Part shown: in pieces, positions 1-8,982 of the stretch | Layout: every line of letters starts with the position of its first letter | How positions within the stretch are numbered: position 1 is the stretch's first letter | NCBI GenBank assembly: GCA_003545155.1 | Contig: DQCH01000132.1 | Location: forward strand, 2,011-38,012 | Source of the DNA: Candidatus Acetothermia bacterium | GTDB lineage: Bacteria > Bipolaricaulota > Bipolaricaulia > UBA7950 > UBA9294 | Length of the DNA: 36,002 nt | Direction: 5' to 3' | Position numbers and translations under genes: made by a program | The notes under the pieces: model-generated | Database searches by the model: none | Told to the model about the DNA's origin: nothing | Seen by the model: only the letters and a program-made list of their open reading frames with translations

Positions 1-434
1 TTCTCACCAAACGCTGTCCCTGAGAATGGGTTGTCCTGCCAGGCAGGGATTAAGTTCCTAACCCCCAACCGGTAGAAGTGATGAAGAGCCTCTGCATCTC
101 CTTCCAACGGATCGGCCCCTTCCAGGCCGATCAGTGCCGCGATTGGCCCACCCTCGCAGGCTGCACAAAGGTCGGAGGCAGTGCGAACGACCTCCATCTT
201 TCCCTCACTTCTTGCGGCCATCTCGCCGATCGTGCGGATCATCCCCTCCGCCGTCTCGCGTTCCTTTCCTGGGTAGCGCTCGCTCAATACGAAACAAGCG
301 AAGACCTGTGCGCACGAGTTGGCAGTGAGCATCCCAGGAAGGCTGACGTGCCCTTTCCCCTCGCCGGTCTGAAAGTCGAGCGAGTGGTCCATCACCTTCT
401 TTACGGTATCGCAGTGTGTGTCGAAGAACTTCAT
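1..434 (-). CDS. Membrane-type dipeptidase (peptidase family M19), N-terminal part; gene continues beyond the window start
   Basis: Absent from the ORF track because it is open at the window edge. Manual minus-strand translation from ATG at 432-434 gives MKFFDTHCDTVKKVMDHSLDFQTGEGKGHVSLPGML...IAALIGLEGADPLEGDAEALHHFYRLGVRNLIPAWQDNPFSGTAFGE, with no stop down to nt 3. The N-terminal H-x-D, IGxEG and LGVR blocks fit M19 dipeptidases. Starts 9 nt after the ridA stop. Confidence 0.6.
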   Translation of the reverse strand, partial: MKFFDTHCDTVKKVMDHSLDFQTGEGKGHVSLPGMLTANSCAQVFACFVLSERYPGKERETAEGMIRTIGEMAARSEGKMEVVRTASDLCAACEGGPIAALIGLEGADPLEGDAEALHHFYRLGVRNLIPAWQDNPFSGTAFGE

Positions 435-443
435 CGGGGCTCG

Positions 444-830
444 TTATCCGTGCTGAGAGAGGTGGGCGACCGCCTCGATCTCGATCGGTGCCCCCTTGGG
501 AAGGGCCGCTACTTGTACACAGGAACGGGCCGGGGGGACACCTGGAAAGAACTCCTCATAGACCGCGTTCACTGTCGCGAAGTCGGCCATGTCAGTGAGA
601 AAGATGGTAACCTTAATAACGTCATCCATCTGTACACTCGCTGCCTTAAGTACCGCCCGAACGTTTTCTAGGGACTGGTGCGTAGCCGCGGCAATGTCCT
701 CGCTTGTCAACTCACCGGTGGGCTTGGCTGGTAGTTGTCCAGAGGTGAATACGAAGTTCCCAGCACAGATCCCCTGGGAGTACGGTCCTACCGCTGGAGG
801 GGCTTTATCAGTTCCAATCGCCTCTTTCAA
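444..830 (-). CDS. ridA: RidA / YjgF-family reactive enamine-imine deaminase
   Basis: 128-aa ORF. TTG start at 828-830 with AAGGAGG 9 nt upstream. APPAVGPYSQG...FTSGQLP...PIEIEAVA is typical of the YjgF/YER057c/UK114 family. Confidence 0.9.
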   Translation of the reverse strand: MKEAIGTDKAPPAVGPYSQGICAGNFVFTSGQLPAKPTGELTSEDIAAATHQSLENVRAVLKAASVQMDDVIKVTIFLTDMADFATVNAVYEEFFPGVPPARSCVQVAALPKGAPIEIEAVAHLSQHG

Positions 831-853
831 TTTTTTTATCCTCCTTTATCTGG

Positions 854-2074
854 CTAAATCAAATGAAGCTTCTCTCCGCCTTCCTTGAATGCCTCAATAG
901 CCTTGTCTAACTGATCCTTAGTGTGCTTTGCCGATAACTGCACCCGAATCCTTGCCTTACCACGCGCCACCATGGGAAAGACAATTGGCAGGACATAGAT
1001 CCCTTTCTCCCAAACGAAATCGGTCAGTTCCTTCGCTACCTTACTCTCTCCACACATAATCGGGACGATCGGCGTCTCGCTATTGCCGGTGTCGAATCCG
1101 AGGGCCTGGATCGCCTTGATGAAGTAGTTGCGGTTCTCCCACAGCTTCTCCAACCATTGAGGTTCGGTGTCGAGTACATCGATCGCTGCAATGCAGGCTG
1201 CAGCCACTCCAGGGGGGACAGCACCACTCAGAAGCCAGCTTCTGGATTTATTTAGCGCAAAATTCCGCAGATCCTCACTCCCTGTAATATGCCCACCGAC
1301 CACTCCGAAGGCCTTAGAGAAGGTCCCCATCTCTACATGTACCTGGTTGTGATCCAAGCCAAAATGACTGACGATTCCGCGCCCTTTTTCTCCAAGAATG
1401 CCCTCTCCGTGAGCATCGTCCACATACACCCCGGCCCCATGCTCGGAAGCGATCTTCGCAATCTCGGAGAGCGGAGCGAGGTCTCCATCCATACTGAATA
1501 CGCCATCAGTGATGATCCAGATATGATTGTAGGGAGGATCATGCCTCTCCGCCTCGTCCATAACCCGCGTTAGATCCTCCATGTCTTTGTGCTTGTAGAT
1601 CTTCCGATCCGCATGGGAGATTCGAATCCCATCGATAATGGAACCATGGTTTAGTTCATCGGAGACAAAGAGATCACCACGGCCAGCCAGTTGCGGAATT
1701 AGACCTTCATTGGCCATAAACCCAGTCTGGTAAGTCAAGGAAGCTGGCGCACCTTTGAAGCGAGCAAGGCGACGGTCCAATTCTTCGTGGAGAGCCATAT
1801 CCCCGGCAATGGACCGATCGCTTCCAGCGCCAGCTCCATACTCCTTAGTCGCCTCCATCATGGCATTAACAACCTTGGGATGAGTTGACAGATTGAGGTA
1901 ATTGTTGGCGGCAAGCATCACCACCTCTCTGCCATCGATGGTACAGCTGGAGCCACTACTACTCTGAAGTTCTTTTGGCTCCCAGGTTAAACTCTCACGC
2001 ACCAAGCGCTGATACTCCTCACCTAGATACTTAGTCGGATGCCTTTTAGGGTTCACACGAATCACCTCTTTCAT
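854..2074 (-). CDS. kbl: 2-amino-3-ketobutyrate CoA ligase (glycine C-acetyltransferase), alpha-oxoamine synthase family
   Basis: 406-aa ORF with blocks ANNYLNL, SDELNHGSIIDG, ITDGVFSMDGD, VDDAHGEGILG and the PLP-lysine motif GTFSKAFG. The divergent pairing with a threonine dehydrogenase favours Kbl over BioF. Confidence 0.8.
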   Translation of the reverse strand: MKEVIRVNPKRHPTKYLGEEYQRLVRESLTWEPKELQSSSGSSCTIDGREVVMLAANNYLNLSTHPKVVNAMMEATKEYGAGAGSDRSIAGDMALHEELDRRLARFKGAPASLTYQTGFMANEGLIPQLAGRGDLFVSDELNHGSIIDGIRISHADRKIYKHKDMEDLTRVMDEAERHDPPYNHIWIITDGVFSMDGDLAPLSEIAKIASEHGAGVYVDDAHGEGILGEKGRGIVSHFGLDHNQVHVEMGTFSKAFGVVGGHITGSEDLRNFALNKSRSWLLSGAVPPGVAAACIAAIDVLDTEPQWLEKLWENRNYFIKAIQALGFDTGNSETPIVPIMCGESKVAKELTDFVWEKGIYVLPIVFPMVARGKARIRVQLSAKHTKDQLDKAIEAFKEGGEKLHLI

Positions 2075-2197
2075 CTAAGATAACGATTTCTCCTGGCTGG
2101 CCAGCACGCAGCGACAAGCAATAGCCCCGATAAATGGAGATAATCCATATTATGACAAAGCGCCCCCTATTCCAACCCGTCCTCCCATGGCGTTCCT

Positions 2198-2226
2198 TTG
2201 TCCGCCATTAGACCCTCCTGTACAAT
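2198..2226 (+). promoter_or_regulatory. Sigma-70-like promoter candidate for tdh (TTGTCC-17 nt-TACAAT)
   Basis: -35 TTGTCC at 2198-2203 and -10 TACAAT at 2221-2226, spaced 17 nt, about 30 nt upstream of the TTG start. GGAGAAAGGGGG ribosome-binding site follows at 2238-2249. Confidence 0.4.
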
Positions 2227-2255
2227 CTTCTGACAACGGAGAAAGGGGGTACTAG

Positions 2256-3233
2256 TTGGCACGAAAGACACCAAGGATCCTGGTAACAGGAGCTGTCGGC
2301 CAGATTGGCTCTGAACTGACAATGGCATTACGAAAGCGGTATGGGAACAACAACATCGTCGCCGCTGGGCACCGAAAAGATCCCAGCCTTGCGTTGCGTG
2401 ACTCCGGTCCCTTCACTCGGATCGATGTGACCGACAGGGAGCAGATCGAACAGGTTATAACGAGCCACAAGATCAACACGATCTATCACATGGCAGCGAT
2501 CCTCTCTGCCGTAGGAGAAGAAAAACCACAGCTTGCCTGGAACGTGAACATGGGTGGCCTGTACAATGTTCTTGAAGTAGCAAGAAAGTACAAGATAACA
2601 CGGGTTTTTTTGCCCAGCTCAATCGCCGTTTTCGGCCCGGAGACACCACGGGATTGCACTCCGCAAGAGACAGTCCTCCACCCGACGACGATCTACGGGG
2701 TGAGTAAGGTGGCGGGTGAACTCCTCGGAGACTACTACTTTCATCGTTTCGGTTTGGACGTACGCGGTCTACGCTACCCAGGCATTATCTCCAGTGAGAC
2801 CCCACCTGGAGGAGGAACCACTGACTACGCGGTGGAGATTTTCTACGAAGCGATCAAGCATAAGCGATACACTTGCTTTGTGCGAGAAGACACAGTTTTA
2901 CCGATGATGTATATGCCCGATTGCATCAAGGCGACTATCAACCTAATGGAGAGCGACCTTTATTGCCTCAAGCACCACTGTAACTTCAACGTCGCAGGGA
3001 TGAGTTTCGCCGCTGGAGAACTAGCTACCGAAATTAAAAAACACCTCCCGGAGTTTATCTGTGATTACCGCCCTGACTTCCGACAACAGATCGCCGATTC
3101 GTGGCCAAAGTCCCTCGACGATCGCCCAGCCCGAGAGGAATGGGGGTGGGAACCATCTTACGATTTGGCCTCAATGACCACGGATATGCTAAAGTGTTTA
3201 CACACCCACTACGAGGAAGGCACCCTCCTCTAA
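2256..3233 (+). CDS. tdh: L-threonine 3-dehydrogenase, short-chain (UDP-galactose-4-epimerase-like) type
   Basis: 325-aa ORF with TTG start. Rossmann motif ILVTGAVGQIGSEL and catalytic YGVSKVAGE (YxxxK). Overall similarity to the NAD-dependent epimerase-fold TDH family, and adjacent to kbl. Confidence 0.75.
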   Translation: MARKTPRILVTGAVGQIGSELTMALRKRYGNNNIVAAGHRKDPSLALRDSGPFTRIDVTDREQIEQVITSHKINTIYHMAAILSAVGEEKPQLAWNVNMGGLYNVLEVARKYKITRVFLPSSIAVFGPETPRDCTPQETVLHPTTIYGVSKVAGELLGDYYFHRFGLDVRGLRYPGIISSETPPGGGTTDYAVEIFYEAIKHKRYTCFVREDTVLPMMYMPDCIKATINLMESDLYCLKHHCNFNVAGMSFAAGELATEIKKHLPEFICDYRPDFRQQIADSWPKSLDDRPAREEWGWEPSYDLASMTTDMLKCLHTHYEEGTLL

Positions 3234-3238
3234 ATGGG

Positions 3239-3260
3239 AAAACTCACCTTTCAAGGTGAG
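3239..3260 (-). terminator. Weak rho-independent terminator candidate after rplQ
   Basis: The minus strand reads CTCACC-TTGAAA-GGTGAG-TTTT, 16 nt downstream of the rplQ stop. The stem is only 6 bp, hence moderate confidence. Confidence 0.4.
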
Positions 3261-3276
3261 ATCCTCCGGTGAGCGC

Positions 3277-3627
3277 TCAAACAAGCATCAATCGTGCCTG
3301 TTCAGCACCGTCTCCTCGGCGCGGGCCGAGCTTCACCACTCGCGTGTATCCACCAGGGCGGTCCTTGTATCGCGGTCCTATCTCACTAAACAGTTTGTCA
3401 ACAACTGCCTTGTCCTGCAGTCGGGCAAAGACGATCCGTCGCGCATGCTGGTCCCCCCGACGTGCCAACGAGATAACCCTTTCAGTATACCGTTGAGAAG
3501 CCTTGGCCCGCTTAAGTGTCGTATCGACCTTGCTGTTAAGGATCAACCCCTTGGTAACGTTCGCCAGGACGCTTTCTCGGTGGCTCTTCGTCATGCCGAG
3601 CTTATCGATGTCCCGCCGATGCCTCAT
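3277..3627 (-). CDS. rplQ: 50S ribosomal protein L17
   Basis: The ORF track gives a GTG-started 122 aa. ATG at 3625-3627 (MRHRRDIDKLGMTKSHR...) has AGGAGG 6 nt upstream and gives a canonical 116-aa L17. It overlaps the rpoA 3' end by 26 nt. Confidence 0.95.
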   Translation of the reverse strand: MRHRRDIDKLGMTKSHRESVLANVTKGLILNSKVDTTLKRAKASQRYTERVISLARRGDQHARRIVFARLQDKAVVDKLFSEIGPRYKDRPGGYTRVVKLGPRRGDGAEQARLMLV

Positions 3628-4567
3628 CTTGAACCTCCTGTTCACCCTTGAGCTCGTAACCGAGTTCCCTCAAGCGATCTTCCACCTTGCTCAAGGTCTT
3701 TGCGCCAAACCCATGAATATCAAGCAGTTCCTCACGTGGCCGGGTGAGGAGCTCTCCCAACGTAGTGATCTCCGCCTCCAGAAGGAGGTTGCAAGCACGC
3801 TGATCGACCTGCAACTCACTCAACGAAACCGCTAAAGCGCTTTCCTCCTCTTTTCCCTCTTCCGCAGCAAGCCCGAACGGGTGCTGGGCGAAGTCACTGA
3901 ACAGGTCAAGATGCCGCTGCAGGATGCGCGCTGACTCGGAGAGAGCCTCTTCAGGCTTGATCCCCCCGTTAGTGGTCAACTCAAGAATCAACCGCTCATA
4001 CCCCGTCTTTCCCCTGACGCGGGTTCCTTCGATCACGAAGTTCACCTGCCTCACTGGGGAAAAATCTGAGTCGATTGGAATAACCGCCAAGGGTGAATCC
4101 TCGAGCTTATTCTCCTCCGCTGGGCGGTAGCCGAATCCCGCTTCCACTTCCATCTCTATCTCCAGGAAACCCTTCTTGTTCAGGGTAGCGATGTGCAAGT
4201 CGGGATTGATCACTTCTACTCCAGAAGGAAGCGATATGTCGGTGGCGGTCACCTCGCACGGCCCCTTACTCTCGAGGGTGAGCCGCTTCAGCTCATCCCC
4301 ATGAAGGCGCAACGCAAGGTCCTTGATATTAAGAATAATCTCAAGGACGTCCTCTTTGACCCCCTCGATCGTGTCGTACTCATGGTGCTTACCAGCGAAG
4401 TTCACCCTCACCACCGCGGCACCCGGTATCGAGGCTAGGAGAACCCGGCGCAGGCTGTTGCCAAGGGTAGTGGCAAACCCGCGTTCGAGCGGTTCGATGA
4501 CGATCTTGCCATAGGTGGGGGTCAACTCTTCAGTCTTGATCCCCTGGGGGAAGACCAGTTCATCCAT
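3602..4567 (-). CDS. rpoA: DNA-directed RNA polymerase subunit alpha
   Basis: 321 aa. N-terminal domain IEPLERGFATTLGNSLRRVLLASIPGAAV; C-terminal domain with LLEAEITTLGELL. Sits in the canonical slot between rpsD and rplQ. Confidence 0.97.
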   Translation of the reverse strand: MDELVFPQGIKTEELTPTYGKIVIEPLERGFATTLGNSLRRVLLASIPGAAVVRVNFAGKHHEYDTIEGVKEDVLEIILNIKDLALRLHGDELKRLTLESKGPCEVTATDISLPSGVEVINPDLHIATLNKKGFLEIEMEVEAGFGYRPAEENKLEDSPLAVIPIDSDFSPVRQVNFVIEGTRVRGKTGYERLILELTTNGGIKPEEALSESARILQRHLDLFSDFAQHPFGLAAEEGKEEESALAVSLSELQVDQRACNLLLEAEITTLGELLTRPREELLDIHGFGAKTLSKVEDRLRELGYELKGEQEVQDEASAGHR

Positions 4568-4576
4568 ACCTACCTC

Positions 4577-5200
4577 CTAGCGGGAGTAGAATTCAACGAT
4601 CAGGTTCACGGCGATACTATGTCCGATCTCTTCCACGTTAGGAGGGGCAATTACCTGGCACTTCAGCGCTTCCAGGTTCTTCTCCAGCCAACGCGGAATC
4701 TCGCGGTCTTTGTTTGCCTCTACGATTCCCTTCACCCGGTCGCGTCGTCCTTCCTTAACCGACACGGTATCCCCCTCCCGCACCAACACGGAAGGGATGT
4801 TGACTGCCCTGTCGTTTAGTTGGAAGTGACCGTGCACAATCAGTTGGCGCGCCTGTGCGCGCGAGGAGGCAAATCCAGCGCGATAGAGGGTGTTATCAAG
4901 CCGCCGCTCGAGGAGAGAGAGGAGTGCCTCACCGGTGACCCCTTTGCGCCGCTTCGCTTGCTCCACGTAGTTGCGGAACTGCTGCTCTCTCACGCCGTAA
5001 ATCCGCTTCGTCTTCTGTTTCTCGCGCAGGTGGAGAAGGTATTGACTCCTCCGTGGGCGACGCCTCTTCGGCCTCTCCCCCGGCGGAGAACTGCGGCCCG
5101 ACATCGGACAGCTCCTCGTATAGCACCGACTCCCTTTCAGGAAGAGCTTCTCCCCTTCCCTACGGCACTTTTTGCACTTAGGGTCTGTATCTCGCCCCAT
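4577..5200 (-). CDS. rpsD: 30S ribosomal protein S4 (zinc-finger form)
   Basis: 207 aa. N-terminal CKKCRREGEKLFLKGSRCYTRSC and S4 domain RLDNTLYRAGFASSRAQARQLIVHGH. The start overlaps the rpsK stop by 1 nt. Confidence 0.97.
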   Translation of the reverse strand: MGRDTDPKCKKCRREGEKLFLKGSRCYTRSCPMSGRSSPPGERPKRRRPRRSQYLLHLREKQKTKRIYGVREQQFRNYVEQAKRRKGVTGEALLSLLERRLDNTLYRAGFASSRAQARQLIVHGHFQLNDRAVNIPSVLVREGDTVSVKEGRRDRVKGIVEANKDREIPRWLEKNLEALKCQVIAPPNVEEIGHSIAVNLIVEFYSR

Positions 5201-5550
5201 TATCGTTTCACCTTACTGCTGCTGTGAGAGACCGGGGTGACGTTCTTGACCTCTTCAACCCGGATACCCGATCCCTTAATGGTCTGTACTACAGACTGTC
5301 TCCCTGATCCAGTCCCCTTTACTGTCACACACACGGATCGAATCCCGTATTCTTTCATTTCACGTATCAGCGACTCGGCCGCAATCTGGGCGGCATAAGG
5401 AGTCCCCTTTCGCGATCCCTTGTACCCAACCACCCCTGGGCTCTTCCAGGTAATCGGGTCCCCGTTCGGGTCAGTCACAGTGATGATCGTGTTGTTGAAG
5501 GTAGCGTGAATATGGACACGTGCCCGCTCAAGCTTGATGTTCTTCGCCAT
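5200..5550 (-). CDS. rpsK: 30S ribosomal protein S11 (atypical C-terminal tail)
   Basis: 116 aa with HIHATFNNTIITVTD and GYKGSRKGTPYAAQ. The C-terminus reads VTPVSHSSSKVKR instead of the usual VTPxPHNGCRPPKRRR. Confidence 0.93.
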   Translation of the reverse strand: MAKNIKLERARVHIHATFNNTIITVTDPNGDPITWKSPGVVGYKGSRKGTPYAAQIAAESLIREMKEYGIRSVCVTVKGTGSGRQSVVQTIKGSGIRVEEVKNVTPVSHSSSKVKR

Positions 5551-5552
5551 CC

Positions 5553-5918
5553 CTACCTCTTCTTTCCTGCCTTGGCCGATCGTGGCCCTTTCCAGGTTCG
5601 CGCGTTCGACCGTGTATGCTGCCCGCGAACTGGAAGCCTTCGCTTATGTCGGATCCCGCGATAGGCATTGATATCCTTCAGCCGCTGAATGCCAGCATAG
5701 ATTCGACGGCGCAGGTCTCCCTCCACCACATATTGCTCTACCTCCCGCCGCAGAGCTGCGATCTCCTTCTCGGTCAGTTCCCTTACCCTCACGCCCGGCG
5801 AGATCCCTGTTCGCCCGATGATTTCAGCAGCGCGCGAACGGCCAACCCCAAAGATGTAGGTAAGACCAATCTCGATCCTCTTGTCATTCGGCAGGTTGAC
5901 CCCGGCTATCCGTGCCAT
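5553..5918 (-). CDS. rpsM: 30S ribosomal protein S13
   Basis: 121 aa. [26 protein letters not shown] is the canonical S13 N-terminus. Confidence 0.97.
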   Translation of the reverse strand: MARIAGVNLPNDKRIEIGLTYIFGVGRSRAAEIIGRTGISPGVRVRELTEKEIAALRREVEQYVVEGDLRRRIYAGIQRLKDINAYRGIRHKRRLPVRGQHTRSNARTWKGPRSAKAGKKR

Positions 5919-5930
5919 GTCTTTCTCCCC

Positions 5931-6044
5931 TTAGCCCTGTCGCTGCTTGTGCTTGGGATTCTTGCAGATAATCATCACTCGACCGTTACGTCGAATCACC
6001 TTGCACTTAGCACACATTTTCTTTACCGAGCTTCGCACCTTCAT
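5931..6044 (-). CDS. rpmJ: 50S ribosomal protein L36 (zinc-binding form)
   Basis: Too short for the ORF track. Manual translation gives [37 protein letters not shown] (37 aa), with ATG at 6042-6044 and TAA at 5931-5933. Sits in the expected slot between infA and rpsM. Confidence 0.93.
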   Translation of the reverse strand: MKVRSSVKKMCAKCKVIRRNGRVMIICKNPKHKQRQG

Positions 6045-6062
6045 CGTAAATTAACGTAGCGG

Positions 6063-6320
6063 TTAACTCTCCCGGTATACGATCCGCCCCTTGGTCAGGT
6101 CGTATGGCGAGAACTCTACAACCACGCGGTCTCCTGTCAGGATACGAATATAATGCTTGCGGATTCGACCTGAAATATGACACAGAACGACATGTCCATT
6201 GGTCAGCCTCACGCGAAACATTGAGCTCGGCAGGCTCTCAATAACCTCACCTCGCTGTCGGATCACATCTGTCTTTTTTTGATCGCGTTTTTCCGACTTA
6301 ACCACTACGTCTTCATTCAC
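6063..6320 (-). CDS. infA: Translation initiation factor IF-1
   Basis: 85 aa with S1-like OB fold [54 protein letters not shown]. If the GTG at 6318-6320 is used there is an N-terminal extension of about 13 residues relative to the usual 72-aa IF-1. Alternative in-frame GTGs lie at 6305 and 6266. Confidence 0.9.
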   Translation of the reverse strand: MNEDVVVKSEKRDQKKTDVIRQRGEVIESLPSSMFRVRLTNGHVVLCHISGRIRKHYIRILTGDRVVVEFSPYDLTKGRIVYRES

Positions 6321-7065
6321 CTCCTATCGTCAGGACATCTACTCCCCTCTCCGTCAGGGCAACGGTATGTTCAAAATGCGCTGCTAGGCCCCCAGTTGCC
6401 GTCACTACAGTCCAGTTGTCATCGAGGACCCGAGTTGGTTCAGGATCGGTCTTCACCATCGGCTCGATTGCGAAGACCATCCCCGGTTGTAGCCGTGGGC
6501 CCTGTCCTGGCAGACCGTAATTCGGAATTTGGGGATCCTCGTGTAGCTTTCTCCCTATACCATGCCCTACATACTCTCTCACCACGTGCAGCCCCTTACT
6601 CTTCACATAGGAGCCGATCGCATGCGAGATGTCTGATAGACGATTCCCAATTGTAACCCGTTTGATACCCTGCCACAAGCTCTCCTCGGTTACCCGCAGG
6701 AGGTGATCCGCTGCCTCATCAATGTCACCAATAGGAACTGTCGTTGCCATATCCATATACAGACCTTCGCGAAAGAGACCGATGTCGATGGAGAGAATAT
6801 CCCCGGCTTTAAGCAGCCGCTCCGATGGGATTCCATGCACCACTTCGTCGTTGATCGAGGCACAGATCGTCGCTGGATACCCCTGGTAACCCTTAAATGC
6901 CGGTTTCGCCCCCGCTTTGCGAATCAGCGCCTCGGCTAAGTGATCAAGGGAGGCGGTGCTCTTTCCCAGGGTTACCTCCTCACAGATCGCGCGTAAGGTC
7001 AAAGCAAGTATTCTCCCATTCTCACGCATGATAGCAATCTCGGAGGGGGTCTTAAGAGTGATCAT
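6313..7065 (-). CDS. map: Methionine aminopeptidase, type I
   Basis: 250 aa with [31 protein letters not shown] and EPM blocks. The ATGA overlap with the adk stop is the classical spc-operon position. Confidence 0.93.
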   Translation of the reverse strand: MITLKTPSEIAIMRENGRILALTLRAICEEVTLGKSTASLDHLAEALIRKAGAKPAFKGYQGYPATICASINDEVVHGIPSERLLKAGDILSIDIGLFREGLYMDMATTVPIGDIDEAADHLLRVTEESLWQGIKRVTIGNRLSDISHAIGSYVKSKGLHVVREYVGHGIGRKLHEDPQIPNYGLPGQGPRLQPGMVFAIEPMVKTDPEPTRVLDDNWTVVTATGGLAAHFEHTVALTERGVDVLTIGGE

Positions 7066-7691
7066 AAAGCGAGGAGGTCCATGATTCTTTCGAGTACCAT
7101 AGCAGTCGGCTGAGCACCATCAACCTCACGCAGCAGCCCTCGCTCACGGTAGAAATCAACCAGGAGGGCTGTCGCCTGCATGTACACGTCGTACCGGTTA
7201 TCGACCACCTCAGGTCGATCGTCGTCCCGCTGAAAGAGTTCTCCCCCACAGAGGTCGCAGCGGGTTTTGATCTTCGGCGGATTGAAGAGAAGGTTATAGA
7301 TCTTTCCGCACTCGCGACACACGCGGCGTGACGAAAGCCGCTTTATCACTTCCGCCCGCGACAGGGTGATGTTAATCATCAGATCGAGCGAGGTGATCTT
7401 TAAAAGCGCCTCGGCCTGGGCGACCGTACGTGGGAACCCGTCGAGGATGAACCCGTCCGTTTTCGCAATCCGCTCATGAATCATGTCTATGATTAGCTTG
7501 TCTGGGACGAGATCACCACGATCCATATGCAACTTTGCCGCCCGACCAATTTCTGTCCCATGTGCCACCTCATCGCGAAGTATGTCACCGGTCGACAGAT
7601 GACAAAGACCGGTTTTGTCAGAGATCAGCTTCGCCTGAGTTCCTTTTCCTGCGCCAGGAGGGCCGAGGAGGGCGATCCTCTTACGAGTCAT
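7062..7691 (-). CDS. adk: Adenylate kinase (Cys4 zinc lid form)
   Basis: 209 aa. P-loop GPPGAGKGTQA and lid CRECGKIYNLLFNPPKIKTRCDLCGGELFQRDDD. Confidence 0.95.
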   Translation of the reverse strand: MTRKRIALLGPPGAGKGTQAKLISDKTGLCHLSTGDILRDEVAHGTEIGRAAKLHMDRGDLVPDKLIIDMIHERIAKTDGFILDGFPRTVAQAEALLKITSLDLMINITLSRAEVIKRLSSRRVCRECGKIYNLLFNPPKIKTRCDLCGGELFQRDDDRPEVVDNRYDVYMQATALLVDFYRERGLLREVDGAQPTAMVLERIMDLLAL

Positions 7692-8980
7692 TATCTCCTC
7701 CGTCCAAGAAGGCCCCCAGCCTTGGTCAAGCTTTCATAGTGACGCATGACAAGGTGAGCTTCGATCTGCATCAGGGTATCGATTCCAACGCCGACTACAA
7801 TCAGGAGTGACGTCCCCCCAATGAGGAACATCCCTCGAATCCCGCTTAACGCCGAGAAGATGTACGGCAACACGGCGACCGCAGCCAGGAAGAGCGCACC
7901 GATCAATAGCAGCCGATTCAGCACCCCCGAGATGTAGTCGGCCGTCGATTTCCCCGGTCGCACACCGGGTATGAACCCCCCCGACTCGCGCACGTTCTTT
8001 GCCACATCCTGCGGATCAAAGACGATCGAGCTGTAGAAGTAGGTGAAGAAGATAATAAGAATCACGTAGGCAAGAATATAGGGAAGGCTCCCATTTTGGA
8101 CGTAAGGTGTCAACCACGCTAGCCCTGGAGCCCACTGGGTTAGGGTCATCGGCATGGTGAGAAGAGCCGAGGCGAAGATGATTGGGATGACCCCACCCTG
8201 ATTCACACGGATCGGCAAGTGTGATGTATGCCCGCCATAGACACGGCGGCCGGAGGTTCTCTTGGCGTACTGGATCGCGATCTTCCGCTGTCCCTGTTGA
8301 ATCATGGTCACCCCAGCAACGACTATCACAAAAATAGCAAAGAACGCCAGCCCCCAGAAAGGGCTCACCGTGCCCGCGGAAATCTCGATGTAGGTCGATT
8401 GTAGCTGCGCAGGGAAACGGGAGAGGATACCGATCATGATGATCATGCTGATCCCATTCCCGATTCCGTTCTCAGTCATCCTCTCTCCGAGCCACATCAG
8501 AAAGATCGTCCCCGTGGTCAAAGTGAGAACCGAGGTAAGGTAGAACCAAAGTCCACCGCTTGACAAGCCCCAGTTGACAATCAACATGCTCATCGTTGCG
8601 CCCTGCACGGTCGCCAGGCCCAGGGTCGCCCAACGGGTATATGTGGTGATCTTCCGCCGCCCCTCGCGGCCCTGCTGCTGTAGCTCCTTCAGTTTTGGAA
8701 TGACAGCGGTGAGCAAGCTGAAGATAATCGAGGCGTTGATGTACGGCGTTACCCCAAGGGCAAACAGCGAGAATCGCTGTAACGCCCCGCCGGTGAACAT
8801 GTTCATAAAATCGAAGATTCCACCACCCTGCGTGGCAAAGAAGTTCTTAAGCGCTTCCGCATCGACACCAGGAACAGCGATATGGGTTCCCAAGCGAAAA
8901 ACAATGATCGCGCCGAGGGTAAATAATATTCTCTTGCGAAGCTCAGGAACCTTGAACAGGTGCGAGAATTTCTCCCACAT
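7691..8980 (-). CDS. secY: Preprotein translocase subunit SecY
   Basis: 429-aa polytopic membrane protein in the canonical position after rplO. Contains GGIFDFMNMFTGGALQRFSLFALGVTPYI. Confidence 0.96.
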   Translation of the reverse strand: MWEKFSHLFKVPELRKRILFTLGAIIVFRLGTHIAVPGVDAEALKNFFATQGGGIFDFMNMFTGGALQRFSLFALGVTPYINASIIFSLLTAVIPKLKELQQQGREGRRKITTYTRWATLGLATVQGATMSMLIVNWGLSSGGLWFYLTSVLTLTTGTIFLMWLGERMTENGIGNGISMIIMIGILSRFPAQLQSTYIEISAGTVSPFWGLAFFAIFVIVVAGVTMIQQGQRKIAIQYAKRTSGRRVYGGHTSHLPIRVNQGGVIPIIFASALLTMPMTLTQWAPGLAWLTPYVQNGSLPYILAYVILIIFFTYFYSSIVFDPQDVAKNVRESGGFIPGVRPGKSTADYISGVLNRLLLIGALFLAAVAVLPYIFSALSGIRGMFLIGGTSLLIVVGVGIDTLMQIEAHLVMRHYESLTKAGGLLGRRR

Positions 8981-8982
8981 GC

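Noticed and set aside
1615-1632. tRNA T-arm-like sequence GGAGATTCGAATCCCATC
   Set aside because: It lies inside the kbl coding sequence with no acceptor, D or anticodon arms around it. A similar GGGTTCAATTCC at 19697-19708 sits in a 45-nt spacer too short for a tRNA. No tRNA gene is supported anywhere in the window.
2096-2105. 10-bp palindrome GCTGGCCAGC in the kbl/tdh divergent spacer (possible operator)
   Set aside because: A perfect 10-bp palindrome in about 180 nt has roughly a one-in-five chance expectation. There is no second half-site or repeat to support a regulator site.
6266-6320. N-terminal extension of about 13 residues on IF-1 as a possible novelty
   Set aside because: It depends wholly on which in-frame GTG is used (6320, 6305 or 6266). 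The extension is Lys/Asp-rich with no motif, so it is more likely a start-codon annotation issue than biology.
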